Virus record (IMG/VR): IMGVR_UViG_3300027772_000100
Location: 1-32,395 of that record
Strand: one strand, 5' to 3'
DNA: 32,395 nucleotides
Origin: a virus
Lineage: Duplodnaviria > Caudoviricetes
Below are positions 16,985 through 25,178 of the stretch, piece by piece. The notes below the pieces were generated by a model that had not been told where the DNA came from, made no database searches, and saw only the letters and a program-made list of their open reading frames with translations. The translations under genes and the position numbers were made by a program. Each line of letters starts with the position of its first letter. The first letter of the stretch is position 1.

Positions 16985-16994
16985 TTTAGTCTCC

Positions 16995-17675
16995 TTAAAA
17001 TTTGTAAATTTCCATTGTATATGTTGGATCTTTAAATATTTTTTCTTTAATTCTAATTTCTAATCTTGTTTTACCACTGTATACTTTAACATTAGCTATT
17101 GTTGGATCGATGATTGATGTTACAACCATTGACTTATTTTGCTTGCTAAACTTACATGCGGTATCTAAATATTGTAACGTAGCATTGCTAATTTTAAATC
17201 CTGCAAGTGAACAGTTTAATGTGTCCGAGTCTCTAAAGATAGCCAACAAATAATACTCTTTAATAGCTGATACTTTCTTCATCCACCCACTAACGTATAG
17301 ATTCCAAATTTGTTGTTTATCTTTATTTTTAAAATACTCCGATGACAACTCAGTTTCAGATAGCGGTTGATACATACTTGCTTCAGTAGTTGCAGTTTTT
17401 AATGTTTGTACACTTTTGACATCAATTCCAATGTTAGTACCAATACTCACGTCAGCAATACCTTTTCCAGCACCACACCATTTGCCACCTGTGATACTGT
17501 CTGCAACGGCATATTCCCATAACTCTTTACCCATACTAGCAGGTCTACCTAACGCAATATGTTTGCGTAACGGTTGTATAACAGGATCAATTTCCTTTTG
17601 AAACTGTGTTATAAAATTTGTACCAACTAATTTTGTTAAGTCGGCGACTGGGATAGGTGTTAAGCAAAAAGTCAT
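16995..17675 (-). CDS. Putative PD-(D/E)xK restriction-endonuclease-like protein (226 aa)
   Basis: 'KELWE...GKGIADV.....IGIDVKS' fits the E...D...(D/E)xK catalytic pattern. Confidence 0.5.
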   Translation of the reverse strand: MTFCLTPIPVADLTKLVGTNFITQFQKEIDPVIQPLRKHIALGRPASMGKELWEYAVADSITGGKWCGAGKGIADVSIGTNIGIDVKSVQTLKTATTEASMYQPLSETELSSEYFKNKDKQQIWNLYVSGWMKKVSAIKEYYLLAIFRDSDTLNCSLAGFKISNATLQYLDTACKFSKQNKSMVVTSIIDPTIANVKVYSGKTRLEIRIKEKIFKDPTYTMEIYKF

Positions 17676-17839
17676 TTACTTTTAAATCGTTTAAAAAAAT
17701 TAAATAAGTTTAAAAATCGAGACTTATACGGATCGTTCATTATTGTTTCTGCTATGCTGGGGCGATGAGGGCATCTACCTTGTTTGTAATCACAATCTGC
17801 ATGGATTGGCTTGTAGCATACTGCACATGTTTTTCTCAT
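17672..17839 (-). CDS. Small Cys/His-rich protein (55 aa; not in the ORF track)
   Basis: Translated by hand: MRKTCAVCYKPIHADCDYKQGRCPHRPSIAETIMNDPYKSRFLNLFNFFKRFKSK. It fills the gap exactly and has an ATGA overlap with the next gene. Confidence 0.6.
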   Translation of the reverse strand: MRKTCAVCYKPIHADCDYKQGRCPHRPSIAETIMNDPYKSRFLNLFNFFKRFKSK

Positions 17840-17843
17840 TTTA

Positions 17844-18854
17844 TCACTCAAATAAATTTACTGCGGCTTTAGTAGTTGGATATTTTGCCTGGAATGGTTC
17901 TGCGTAAGATTGAATATTATCAGCAATCTTTTTCATATCCCACGCATTACAAAATTTTAACATTCTAATACCTACTTGGTCAACCATTTTAGGTATCGCA
18001 TGTGTTTGAATAGTTTCTTTAATTTTAACTTTAATGTCTTCGGGCTGTGCTGTTAAGTCGCACAACTGTACATTACGTTGATAATCTTCTAATACCCTGT
18101 GTTCGTTACCGTTATGGTCTACCCAACGTTGCAACATGAGATTGTTCCAAGAATACCCTTTAGAGTTGCGATCTTGAAACGCTTCCATGAGACCAACTTT
18201 ATTCTTTGACCCTTTTGTGCGTACTCCCGGATATGCCGAAAACACATTGTCTGATGTATCGCCACGCATACATTTTTCAAACAGCATCCATTCTGGATCT
18301 TGTGCTGGCTTAGGCTCGCCAGTCTTTTTGTCTTTAACCGGCTTACCTTTTGCATCAAAGATGCCCTCGTGTGTGATATGTAAATCGCCTACACCGTTGT
18401 ATTGACTAACAGTGGGACTTACAAGTTGTGCAAAGTCTCCATCTGTTGAAATGATAACATGTTTTGCATCCGGATGACTCTGTATCCAACCTGCAATCAA
18501 ATCATCTGCTTCTAAGTTAGGATGTTGCATTACTGTAGCATTAGTCTTTTCTGATACGAATTTTTTAAATTCATCAAACGCTTCCCAAAACAACCTGTCT
18601 TCTTCTTGCTCTTTAACAGTCATTGCATTACGAGTTTCTTGCCTGTTGGCTTTGTAAGGCTTATAAAAGTCCTTGCGCCACGATCGACCTTCCAAGCAGA
18701 ATACTACATGAGTGCCACCGAAGTCATTCCACGCTTTCTTAATACTGTTAAGTGTAATATGAAAAGCCATGCCCAACTTAATGTCAGCAGAGCCTTGTAC
18801 AACGTGTCTAGCACGAAAAAATGTGTTGGCTGTATCAACCAAAATGTATGTCAT
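17844..18854 (-). CDS. rnh: T4 RNase H-like 5'-3' exonuclease/flap endonuclease
   Basis: 'ILVD..N.FFRA.H', 'SWRK..Y..YKANR', 'EADDLIA', 'IISTDGDF.QL' and 'GDTSDNV...PGV'. Confidence 0.9.
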   Translation of the reverse strand: MTYILVDTANTFFRARHVVQGSADIKLGMAFHITLNSIKKAWNDFGGTHVVFCLEGRSWRKDFYKPYKANRQETRNAMTVKEQEEDRLFWEAFDEFKKFVSEKTNATVMQHPNLEADDLIAGWIQSHPDAKHVIISTDGDFAQLVSPTVSQYNGVGDLHITHEGIFDAKGKPVKDKKTGEPKPAQDPEWMLFEKCMRGDTSDNVFSAYPGVRTKGSKNKVGLMEAFQDRNSKGYSWNNLMLQRWVDHNGNEHRVLEDYQRNVQLCDLTAQPEDIKVKIKETIQTHAIPKMVDQVGIRMLKFCNAWDMKKIADNIQSYAEPFQAKYPTTKAAVNLFE

Positions 18855-19429
18855 TTATAATATTCCATGTCTGCCGCAAATATAAATCGGTAATCGATCG
18901 AATCGGTGATACCGGGCCTATGCCACAGTTTACTAGGATATACGTTCCAAGTCAATCTATTTGGTTTTAAAAAAAATGTATCTTTAAAATTTGGAGCTCC
19001 ATCCATGGCAAATTCTGTACCGGTAATATCCGGATTAGATGTAGGCGGAATGTATACGTACCAAATACCGCTTATAGTATCAGTAGTGCCGTCGTTATCA
19101 CTAATATGATGATTGTGCCAAAATGTATCTCGATCTTCGAGATTCTGATTGTTGGTCATATAAGCCCAACTCATCATATTTTTAATTTTTACTTCTCTTC
19201 CTAAAAACATAAAGCAACTGAAAATAAAACTTTGGCGCATTTTTAAAAATGCGGGTTCACGCCTTGCAAACAAATTTTCTTTAGTTTGGAATGGCGGACT
19301 GTTAGTAAAATAGTTTCCAGAGTCGATGATTTCTTTTGTGGTGAACATGACCTGTTGATTGTCTTGCTCATTAATAACTGAACTAAAATCGTATTGATCA
19401 ATATATTCGTTATTTTCAAGTATTTTCAT
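18851..19429 (-). CDS. Putative 2OG-Fe(II) oxygenase-like (double-stranded beta-helix) protein
   Basis: 'WHNH', 'ISGIWYV', 'GTEF', 'YPSKLWHRP' and 'RFIFAAD' match the layout of phage 2OG-Fe(II) oxygenase-like proteins. Confidence 0.6.
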   Translation of the reverse strand: MKILENNEYIDQYDFSSVINEQDNQQVMFTTKEIIDSGNYFTNSPPFQTKENLFARREPAFLKMRQSFIFSCFMFLGREVKIKNMMSWAYMTNNQNLEDRDTFWHNHHISDNDGTTDTISGIWYVYIPPTSNPDITGTEFAMDGAPNFKDTFFLKPNRLTWNVYPSKLWHRPGITDSIDYRFIFAADMEYYK

Positions 19430-19857
19430 TCTACTTGTGCCTTATTATCTGCAAGTTTAGTTATGTTAATAAAACCAGCAGTATGACGTGACGGATCTTG
19501 ACCTGCTTCGGCTAGCATATTACCAGCCAAATCTCTAAACCAGCGATCTATAATTTCTTCTTCAGGATCTCCGTCAAAGCCGTAACCGGACTTTTTTAAT
19601 TCTGCAATAAACAAATCATTCCAATCTAGTTCAAAGAATCCGTTACGTACATTATCTGGATTAACTTTAGTATCTAGTACAGCGACCCAAGCTTCACCCC
19701 GGGCAGTAGCACGATCCTTTAGCGTCATTTTAGCCTGTGCTTCTAGTTCTTGTGCTTTAACTGTTTCTGCTTGTGCATTAGCCAACGCTTCTTGGGCTTG
19801 ACCTTTTTCAAGTTCGAGTTTATCAATCCCAAATAACTTTTTAATCCATTTATTCAT
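19426..19857 (-). CDS. Hypothetical protein (likely start MNKWIKK at 19857)
   Basis: TAATG coupling with the queE stop; N-terminal amphipathic/coiled segment; 'GFFELDWN'. Confidence 0.7.
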   Translation of the reverse strand: MNKWIKKLFGIDKLELEKGQAQEALANAQAETVKAQELEAQAKMTLKDRATARGEAWVAVLDTKVNPDNVRNGFFELDWNDLFIAELKKSGYGFDGDPEEEIIDRWFRDLAGNMLAEAGQDPSRHTAGFINITKLADNKAQVE

Positions 19858-20717
19858 TAAGTTCCCCATTCATTTTTAAATAATGGCACTTGTAAACGGT
19901 CACTATAACGTAAGCCGTTTTTCATTGCCAATATTGCTACGTTCTTATTGTTCATTGCGTACACACTTTCTACTCCGCCAACTGGCATTAGATAAACGTG
20001 TCCTTTAAATCCTGCTTTGCGATAGGCCGCAATAGCGCACTCGGCATCAGCAAAGTCTTGTTCAGTGGCAATTACAAATTTCAAATATGCTGTGCCAACT
20101 TCCTCATACTCACAAACTACTTCTGGAAGGATAGCTTCTTCCCACACTTCACCACTACATGGCAGTTTAGCACTTACACTAAATGTAAGTTCTCTGCCTA
20201 CTACACTGTTCCACTTTTTTAAGAAGCCTTTAAACTCTGGAGTTAGCTTCTGGGTACCATTTGTTTCAAACGTAATCTCTTTCAAATCACGCATCTTGGT
20301 ATTGTTAATCAAGTCCGGATACGCACGTTGCCAGCCAAGCAACGGTTCGCCACCTGTAATAACTAAGTGTTCATCCTTCCAATGATCCTGAGGAAGAATT
20401 TCACAAATACGATCCGCGATTGCTTCACTTGTAAGCATTGGCGATAACTCTTTAAAGTCCGGATGCCATGACGCATAGCTGTCACAACCTGTGCTGACTA
20501 AGGGCAAGTCTTCGTATTTTGTAAACGGCGTAATCATTTTGTGTGTTGCCGCAATATCAGTTGCTTCGTGGCTAGATTCACCACGTGGCATACCAAAGCC
20601 AGCGCATTTAAAGTTACAACCAAATGTGCGTAAGAAAACAGACGGTACACCCATGTAACGTCCTTCACCTTGGATACTGTAAAACAGTTCTGCTATTTTA
20701 ATTTTACTCATCTTCAT
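19857..20717 (-). CDS. queE: 7-carboxy-7-deazaguanine synthase QueE (radical SAM)
   Basis: 'ELFYSIQGEG...GVPSVFLR..GCN..C...CDS', 'VITGGEPLL', 'ETNGT' and 'RLQ'; close to folE. Confidence 0.88.
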   Translation of the reverse strand: MKMSKIKIAELFYSIQGEGRYMGVPSVFLRTFGCNFKCAGFGMPRGESSHEATDIAATHKMITPFTKYEDLPLVSTGCDSYASWHPDFKELSPMLTSEAIADRICEILPQDHWKDEHLVITGGEPLLGWQRAYPDLINNTKMRDLKEITFETNGTQKLTPEFKGFLKKWNSVVGRELTFSVSAKLPCSGEVWEEAILPEVVCEYEEVGTAYLKFVIATEQDFADAECAIAAYRKAGFKGHVYLMPVGGVESVYAMNNKNVAILAMKNGLRYSDRLQVPLFKNEWGT

Positions 20718-20940
20718 CTCTTTCCAAAAACTGACTTACTTGGTGTTCCGCATCTTGAATTGATTCGGCCCATACTGTAAACGTAGCAATACCTTTACTA
20801 GCACTAATATCAAAAGGAACAGTACCTTGCGGTAACCAATTTTCACCAACTTCTCTTTTAATATCGAACTTATTTAGGTCAGTAGTTTTCATACGAAAAA
20901 TTAATTCATCAGTTAATTGCTTTGCTGTATTCATGTACAA
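20704..20940 (-). CDS. Hypothetical protein (78 aa)
   Basis: AAGGAG upstream; overlapping operon arrangement. Confidence 0.65.
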   Translation of the reverse strand: MYMNTAKQLTDELIFRMKTTDLNKFDIKREVGENWLPQGTVPFDISASKGIATFTVWAESIQDAEHQVSQFLERDEDE

Positions 20941-21311
20941 TCTCCTTGCTCTGCTAACTTTACTACCGCAGACTTTTCTTTACGCTCTGTTCTAAAATCT
21001 TCTACATCTATTATAGCACTTTTTAATGTTTCTGCATAGTTCAAAGCACCTTGTCGTTTCAAACAAACAGTTGATTGTGTATCAATATAACCTTTAGTAA
21101 GCAAAGTCCAGATATGATACCAACGTGTTTGAGACCAAAAGTTAGTTCTACTTGTAGTATAGATGGTTACATTAACGCCAGTGTCATCTGCTTCTACCCA
21201 TACATTATGGTCGCATTCACTACTACCGCATTCGCAAGTAACTCGGTAAACTTTTGAGTCACCCCAATCGTTGTGTTTTAAAATGCCTTCTGCTGGAATT
21301 TGATGATTCAT
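20931..21311 (-). CDS. Hypothetical protein (126 aa) with a CxCxxxxCxH putative zinc site
   Basis: 'CECGSSECDH'. Confidence 0.65.
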   Translation of the reverse strand: MNHQIPAEGILKHNDWGDSKVYRVTCECGSSECDHNVWVEADDTGVNVTIYTTSRTNFWSQTRWYHIWTLLTKGYIDTQSTVCLKRQGALNYAETLKSAIIDVEDFRTERKEKSAVVKLAEQGDCT

Positions 21312-21532
21312 TGTAGCACCGGTATGTCTAATTTTTGTACGGTATTTCTCGATGCTGAAATAGAATCAATCATAGAATCAAATTCTTCTTCAGACAACAT
21401 TGTTTTATATAATGTTAACGCTTGAGCAACCATAACCCCTGCAAGTGCCGCTGCCGAATAGGCTGGGATAAGATCAGAAGTTAAGTTCCAATACTTTACA
21501 TAAATTTCGTTTAATTCTGTGTCGGATATCAT
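21308..21532 (-). CDS. Hypothetical protein (74 aa)
   Basis: ATGA overlaps at both ends. Confidence 0.65.
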   Translation of the reverse strand: MISDTELNEIYVKYWNLTSDLIPAYSAAALAGVMVAQALTLYKTMLSEEEFDSMIDSISASRNTVQKLDIPVLQ

Positions 21533-22284
21533 CTTGGGGCAAACTCCTGTTGTAGTTTAATGTTATCAAAAAACTCTTTCTTTGTTCCTGGATCGGTATT
21601 AAACGCACCTTTAAGTACAGTAGTCTGTGTTAACGAACTATGTGCCATAATGCCTCGATTTTCACAGCATCCGTGCGTAGCTTGAATGTATACAGCTACA
21701 TTTTCTGAATCTGTAGCCTTCATAATTTCTCTTGCAATGTCATTACAGAGTTCTTCTTGTAGTGTTCCTCGCCGAGCACACCATTGTGCGATACGAGTAT
21801 ATTTAGAAAGACCAATGAGTTTATTAGCGGCAATGATACCGATGTAGGCAACCCCAGCCACAGGCTGGTGATGATGAGAGCACATGGACCGTAGCTCACT
21901 GCGAACCACGAGCATGCCTTCGTAGCGATCTGCAGAGTCATTTGGAAAAGCTGTTGCATCTGGTGCTGTTTCATATCTACCTGCCATTACTTCGTTAAAA
22001 TACATTTTAGCAAGACGTCTTGCTGTGCCTTTGCTATTGGGATCAGTCTCACGATCAATTAACAAGCAGTCTAACACTTTTTCAAATGCTTCTGTTGTTT
22101 CGTTGATTAGCTGTTCTTTCATTTTGTCATCAATGTATTCACTGATGTTATCTCCAGCCCAAAAACGTTTCTTATTACGTTTCATTACAAAACCCAAATA
22201 GTTATGTGCTGTGCCTTCCTGATAGCCGCTGTCACCATACATAGCGTCTAGTGCTGTTCCATTATATGTTCTTGATTCTGTCAA
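21529..22284 (-). CDS. folE: GTP cyclohydrolase I FolE (TTG start)
   Basis: 'SMCSHHHQP', 'IGLSKYTRI....ARR..LQE' and 'ATHGCCENRGI'; GGAG RBS. Confidence 0.95.
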   Translation of the reverse strand: MTESRTYNGTALDAMYGDSGYQEGTAHNYLGFVMKRNKKRFWAGDNISEYIDDKMKEQLINETTEAFEKVLDCLLIDRETDPNSKGTARRLAKMYFNEVMAGRYETAPDATAFPNDSADRYEGMLVVRSELRSMCSHHHQPVAGVAYIGIIAANKLIGLSKYTRIAQWCARRGTLQEELCNDIAREIMKATDSENVAVYIQATHGCCENRGIMAHSSLTQTTVLKGAFNTDPGTKKEFFDNIKLQQEFAPR

Positions 22285-22322
22285 TTTATTCTCCGAGTTA
22301 ATGACGTGGATGTCTTTGTACT

Positions 22323-22351
22323 AGTATACAGGATTATTTAGATTTTTGCAA
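22323..22351 (-). promoter_or_regulatory. Sigma70-like promoter TTGCAA-17bp-TATACT upstream of folE
   Basis: Minus strand reads TTGCAA AAATCTAAATAATCCTG TATACT. Confidence 0.65.
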
Positions 22352-22558
22352 ATCTTTTTGAATATTATTTGCCCGAGCTTGCCTACATGCTTCACGCATT
22401 TCGTTGGAAAAATCTGGACTAATTTCACTCCAGGTGCAATCAATTCTAATAACATCACCTTTTTTTGGAAGTGTTAAAAACATTATCGGTATAACTATTA
22501 AAAACACAATGATACCTACTGCTATTTTTATAGTCTCTCGCTTAGGAGTATGCGGCAT
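22334..22558 (-). CDS. Small single-pass membrane protein (74 aa)
   Basis: Hydrophobic 'IAVGIIVFLIVIPIMFLTL'; two Cys in the C-terminal part. Confidence 0.6.
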   Translation of the reverse strand: MPHTPKRETIKIAVGIIVFLIVIPIMFLTLPKKGDVIRIDCTWSEISPDFSNEMREACRQARANNIQKDLQKSK

Positions 22559-22728
22559 ATTTCTGCATCCTTTGTATTTTTAAATGTAAAACTCATATAA
22601 TCGTGTTGCGGGTTTGATCTATATCTGCCACCAGGCAATCCAAATACTTCTACCACCATAGCACAGGTTTCATTCCACCAAAATCCATTTTGATTATCCC
22701 ATGTTACTGTAACAGTATTATTGTCCAC
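22528..22728 (-). CDS. Hypothetical protein (66 aa, GTG start)
   Basis: ORF 'WNETCA..VEVFGLPG.RY'. Confidence 0.6.
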   Translation of the reverse strand: MDNNTVTVTWDNQNGFWWNETCAMVVEVFGLPGGRYRSNPQHDYMSFTFKNTKDAEICRILLSERL

Positions 22729-22897
22729 GTGCTTCTCTTTTTATAAAGGCAAGCTCGTCTTGTAAATATTCTAAATATTCACCTAGCACTTCAAATTTAC
22801 GATTGGAGCCACCGTCGGATTGTAAAGTTAACAAGTCTTTTTTAACTCGTTCAACTTTCTCCTCCATCTCTTTAATTGTTAATCGATCTTCACTCAT
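22718..22897 (-). CDS. Small coiled-coil protein (59 aa; not in the ORF track)
   Basis: Translated by hand: MSEDRLTIKEMEEKVERVKKDLLTLQSDGGSNRKFEVLGEYLEYLQDELAFIKREARGQ. ATGA overlap with the upstream gene; fills the gap. Confidence 0.65.
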   Translation of the reverse strand: MSEDRLTIKEMEEKVERVKKDLLTLQSDGGSNRKFEVLGEYLEYLQDELAFIKREARGQ

Positions 22898-23094
22898 TTC
22901 TTAGATCCGTACCCTAATCCAGTAACACTACCGAACAATACAGCAAATGCTAACCACGTTTCCCATGTATAAGGGATTGCTAAAACTGGAAACAGTGTAT
23001 TTAAACTCCAAATACCTGCCAGTGGTCCAAACGCAATAATAAGAACAATTAGCGTAATGCCTAAAATTAATTTAAAAATTGATTTAATAATCAT
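22894..23094 (-). CDS. Small membrane protein (66 aa, start MIIKSIF)
   Basis: Two hydrophobic segments; ATGA overlap with the PRTase stop; GGAGG upstream. Confidence 0.65.
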   Translation of the reverse strand: MIIKSIFKLILGITLIVLIIAFGPLAGIWSLNTLFPVLAIPYTWETWLAFAVLFGSVTGLGYGSKK

Positions 23095-23609
23095 AACCAA
23101 AAATCCTCCCAAGGATAAACCAACCAACAATCTTCCTCAGCTTTGTTAACTTCCCATACGGAATAGTCAACTGATTCTTTGCTAGCCAGATTGTTAGTTA
23201 GCGTAGCAAAGCGTACATTTTGTCCCCACACATGCTCCCAGCGAGCATCGTTAGGCAAACAACTAGATTGCCAATCTTGTTTGATCCAAGCAATAGTAGT
23301 ACCTTGATCATTAATGTCGTCAACAACAAGAATGTTTTTACACAACGGATCGCCAATTTCAGCGGCATTATATCCAAACGCATCTTCAGCCATACCGCAG
23401 TTACTTACACAATCTCCGCCATCTCGTAGGCTTACATCTAATGACTTCATAGGTGCTTCTAAATATTGACTTAGGAGCACAGCAGGAACTAGCCCACCGC
23501 GAGTAATACCCACAATATAATCAGGACGCCAATCGCTATTGTTAATCTGACGAGCAATGTCTAAACAAGCACCTTCTACTTGTTGCCAAGTATAGTAAAC
23601 TTTTTTCAT
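23091..23609 (-). CDS. Type I phosphoribosyltransferase (xanthine/guanine PRT-like)
   Basis: 'IVGITRGGLVPA', PRPP-binding 'ILVVDDINDQGTT' and C-terminal 'WLVYPWE'. Confidence 0.88.
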   Translation of the reverse strand: MKKVYYTWQQVEGACLDIARQINNSDWRPDYIVGITRGGLVPAVLLSQYLEAPMKSLDVSLRDGGDCVSNCGMAEDAFGYNAAEIGDPLCKNILVVDDINDQGTTIAWIKQDWQSSCLPNDARWEHVWGQNVRFATLTNNLASKESVDYSVWEVNKAEEDCWLVYPWEDFWL

Positions 23610-23842
23610 GCAGTTAAACCATTAGCTAATGATTGCAATTCTTCTTTAGTCATAAAGAAATTATATGTTTGACTGTCGGAAACTTTACCGTCTTTCAAAC
23701 TTTCTTGAATAATATCTAGGCTAAACAGGCCTTTAGGACTAATCACTTCGTGTTTTTCTAATCGAATCCTAAATCCAGGATTTTCTTTAATAGTTATTTC
23801 TTTAGCAGTATGTGCTACTGACTCGTGTAATTCTTTCATCAT
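23606..23842 (-). CDS. Hypothetical protein (78 aa)
   Basis: AGGAG upstream; ATGA overlaps. Confidence 0.65.
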   Translation of the reverse strand: MMKELHESVAHTAKEITIKENPGFRIRLEKHEVISPKGLFSLDIIQESLKDGKVSDSQTYNFFMTKEELQSLANGLTA

Positions 23843-24375
23843 TCATCTCCTTTAATTGCTTCAAATGTTCTATATTTGCCCAATGCATTAATATACTCGT
23901 CGTATAATTTCTTTAGCTTTGGATGTTTCTTTTCAAGTATAACATCTCTTTCAGGAATTTGCAAGACTTTTTCAATTGTGTCTAACCGTTCTTCCAAGTC
24001 TTTTCCGTTGATAACCATTCGACCTTTGACTTCTAATTCTGGTGGATTGTTTTTAGCAACCAGTATATTGTCTGCTATTGTAGTACTATTAGTCCAACTT
24101 GTTCCGTTAGAGCCGCTTGTTAAAAACTGACCACTACTGCCGCCACCTAGACTTGTAGTGTTAGTTGCATAAATGTGGCTACCGCCATTTAGTGTAATAG
24201 TGCCGCCTGCACTACTGCCCCCAAAACTGTTAGGGCCGCCTGCGGTGCCTGCACCAGTTGTAAACATTTGAGAAGTAGTTAACGGCGGTATTGCACCATA
24301 GCCGGGGGCAATGTTTACAGTGCTACCAATCAATCCGTTTTTAATGTTGCTTGTTTGTTTCGAGGTATTTGTCAT
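23839..24375 (-). CDS. Hypothetical protein with a Gly/Ser/Thr-rich N-terminus and helical C-terminus
   Basis: Low-complexity N-terminus; 'ERLDTIEKVL.IPERD..LE.KHPKLKKLYDEY'. Confidence 0.7.
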   Translation of the reverse strand: MTNTSKQTSNIKNGLIGSTVNIAPGYGAIPPLTTSQMFTTGAGTAGGPNSFGGSSAGGTITLNGGSHIYATNTTSLGGGSSGQFLTSGSNGTSWTNSTTIADNILVAKNNPPELEVKGRMVINGKDLEERLDTIEKVLQIPERDVILEKKHPKLKKLYDEYINALGKYRTFEAIKGDE

Positions 24376-24814
24376 TGGGTATCCATTTGTTCTTTACGAG
24401 AAATCCCCATTCTCGCTTTTGTGGTCCTGGCATAAACAAAGTCCAAGCAGTTATTCCGGGAACCAACTCGATACGATGGTAGCTGTTAGAACTACAAATA
24501 CGCCAGTGACCAGGACCGCGCCAATGCTTTGTTTCTCCAACCATTTTGCCATTTTCAAAATTAGGAGTGTATTCATGGTAACCTCCTTTTAGTATTAGTG
24601 TAAAATACGGCCACGGATGATCATGTACATCACCTGGATCGCCTTTGTGAAACTTGTGTAGAAACACATTGAATGGAAAATGTTTACGTTCTTTTAAGAA
24701 CAAATAGTAACGAGTCAACAACGGCTCGTCACATTGCCGATCCATAATAATACGTTTACGGTCCAGCCGCTCTAACCAATTAAGGCTTAGGTCTTTGATC
24801 TTCTGGAGTGTCAT
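24341..24814 (-). CDS. Cupin-fold (RmlC-like) protein
   Basis: 'FLHKF...D...HDHPW...LIL.GGY.E', 'YHRIEL' and 'WTLF..GP..REWGF' give a metal-binding cupin layout. Confidence 0.7.
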   Translation of the reverse strand: MTLQKIKDLSLNWLERLDRKRIIMDRQCDEPLLTRYYLFLKERKHFPFNVFLHKFHKGDPGDVHDHPWPYFTLILKGGYHEYTPNFENGKMVGETKHWRGPGHWRICSSNSYHRIELVPGITAWTLFMPGPQKREWGFLVKNKWIPNDKYLETNKQH

Positions 24815-25178
24815 AATGGTCTTTTACTAGTTTGTAAGTTGTGACAAATTTTTCGTAGGCTATTTTTAAACCTGGATACTCTTCACACATTTTCTTAACT
24901 CTGTTAAGGTCTGGAAGACAGTGAACGAATTCTTCGTTCAAATTCCAATTAAATGTACTAATATCTTGTGCAGTGATACCTGCAAATCCGCCAGTTCCTG
25001 CGCCTGAAATGGTAATAGTACCGTTACCACCAATGCCTGCACCGGTATAATAGTAACTACTGCTAGTATTGCCTAATGTGATAGTATCAATATTAGAACT
25101 AGTTAAACTAGATAAATCTATAGTGATAGTATCACTTGATGTTATTGAGTAATCCTGTTGCGCTGAAGAATCGTTCAT
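24780..25178 (-). CDS. Hypothetical protein with a Ser/Thr/Gly-rich N-terminus
   Basis: C-terminal 'MCEEYPGLKIAYEKF...YKLVKD'. Confidence 0.65.
   Translation of the reverse strand: MNDSSAQQDYSITSSDTITIDLSSLTSSNIDTITLGNTSSSYYYTGAGIGGNGTITISGAGTGGFAGITAQDISTFNWNLNEEFVHCLPDLNRVKKMCEEYPGLKIAYEKFVTTYKLVKDHYDTPEDQRPKP

Noticed and set aside
22285-22333. Possible preQ1 riboswitch upstream of folE
   Set aside because: The leader is about 30 nt after the predicted start and lacks the preQ1-I stem-loop and A-rich tail. The gap is explained by a promoter and RBS.
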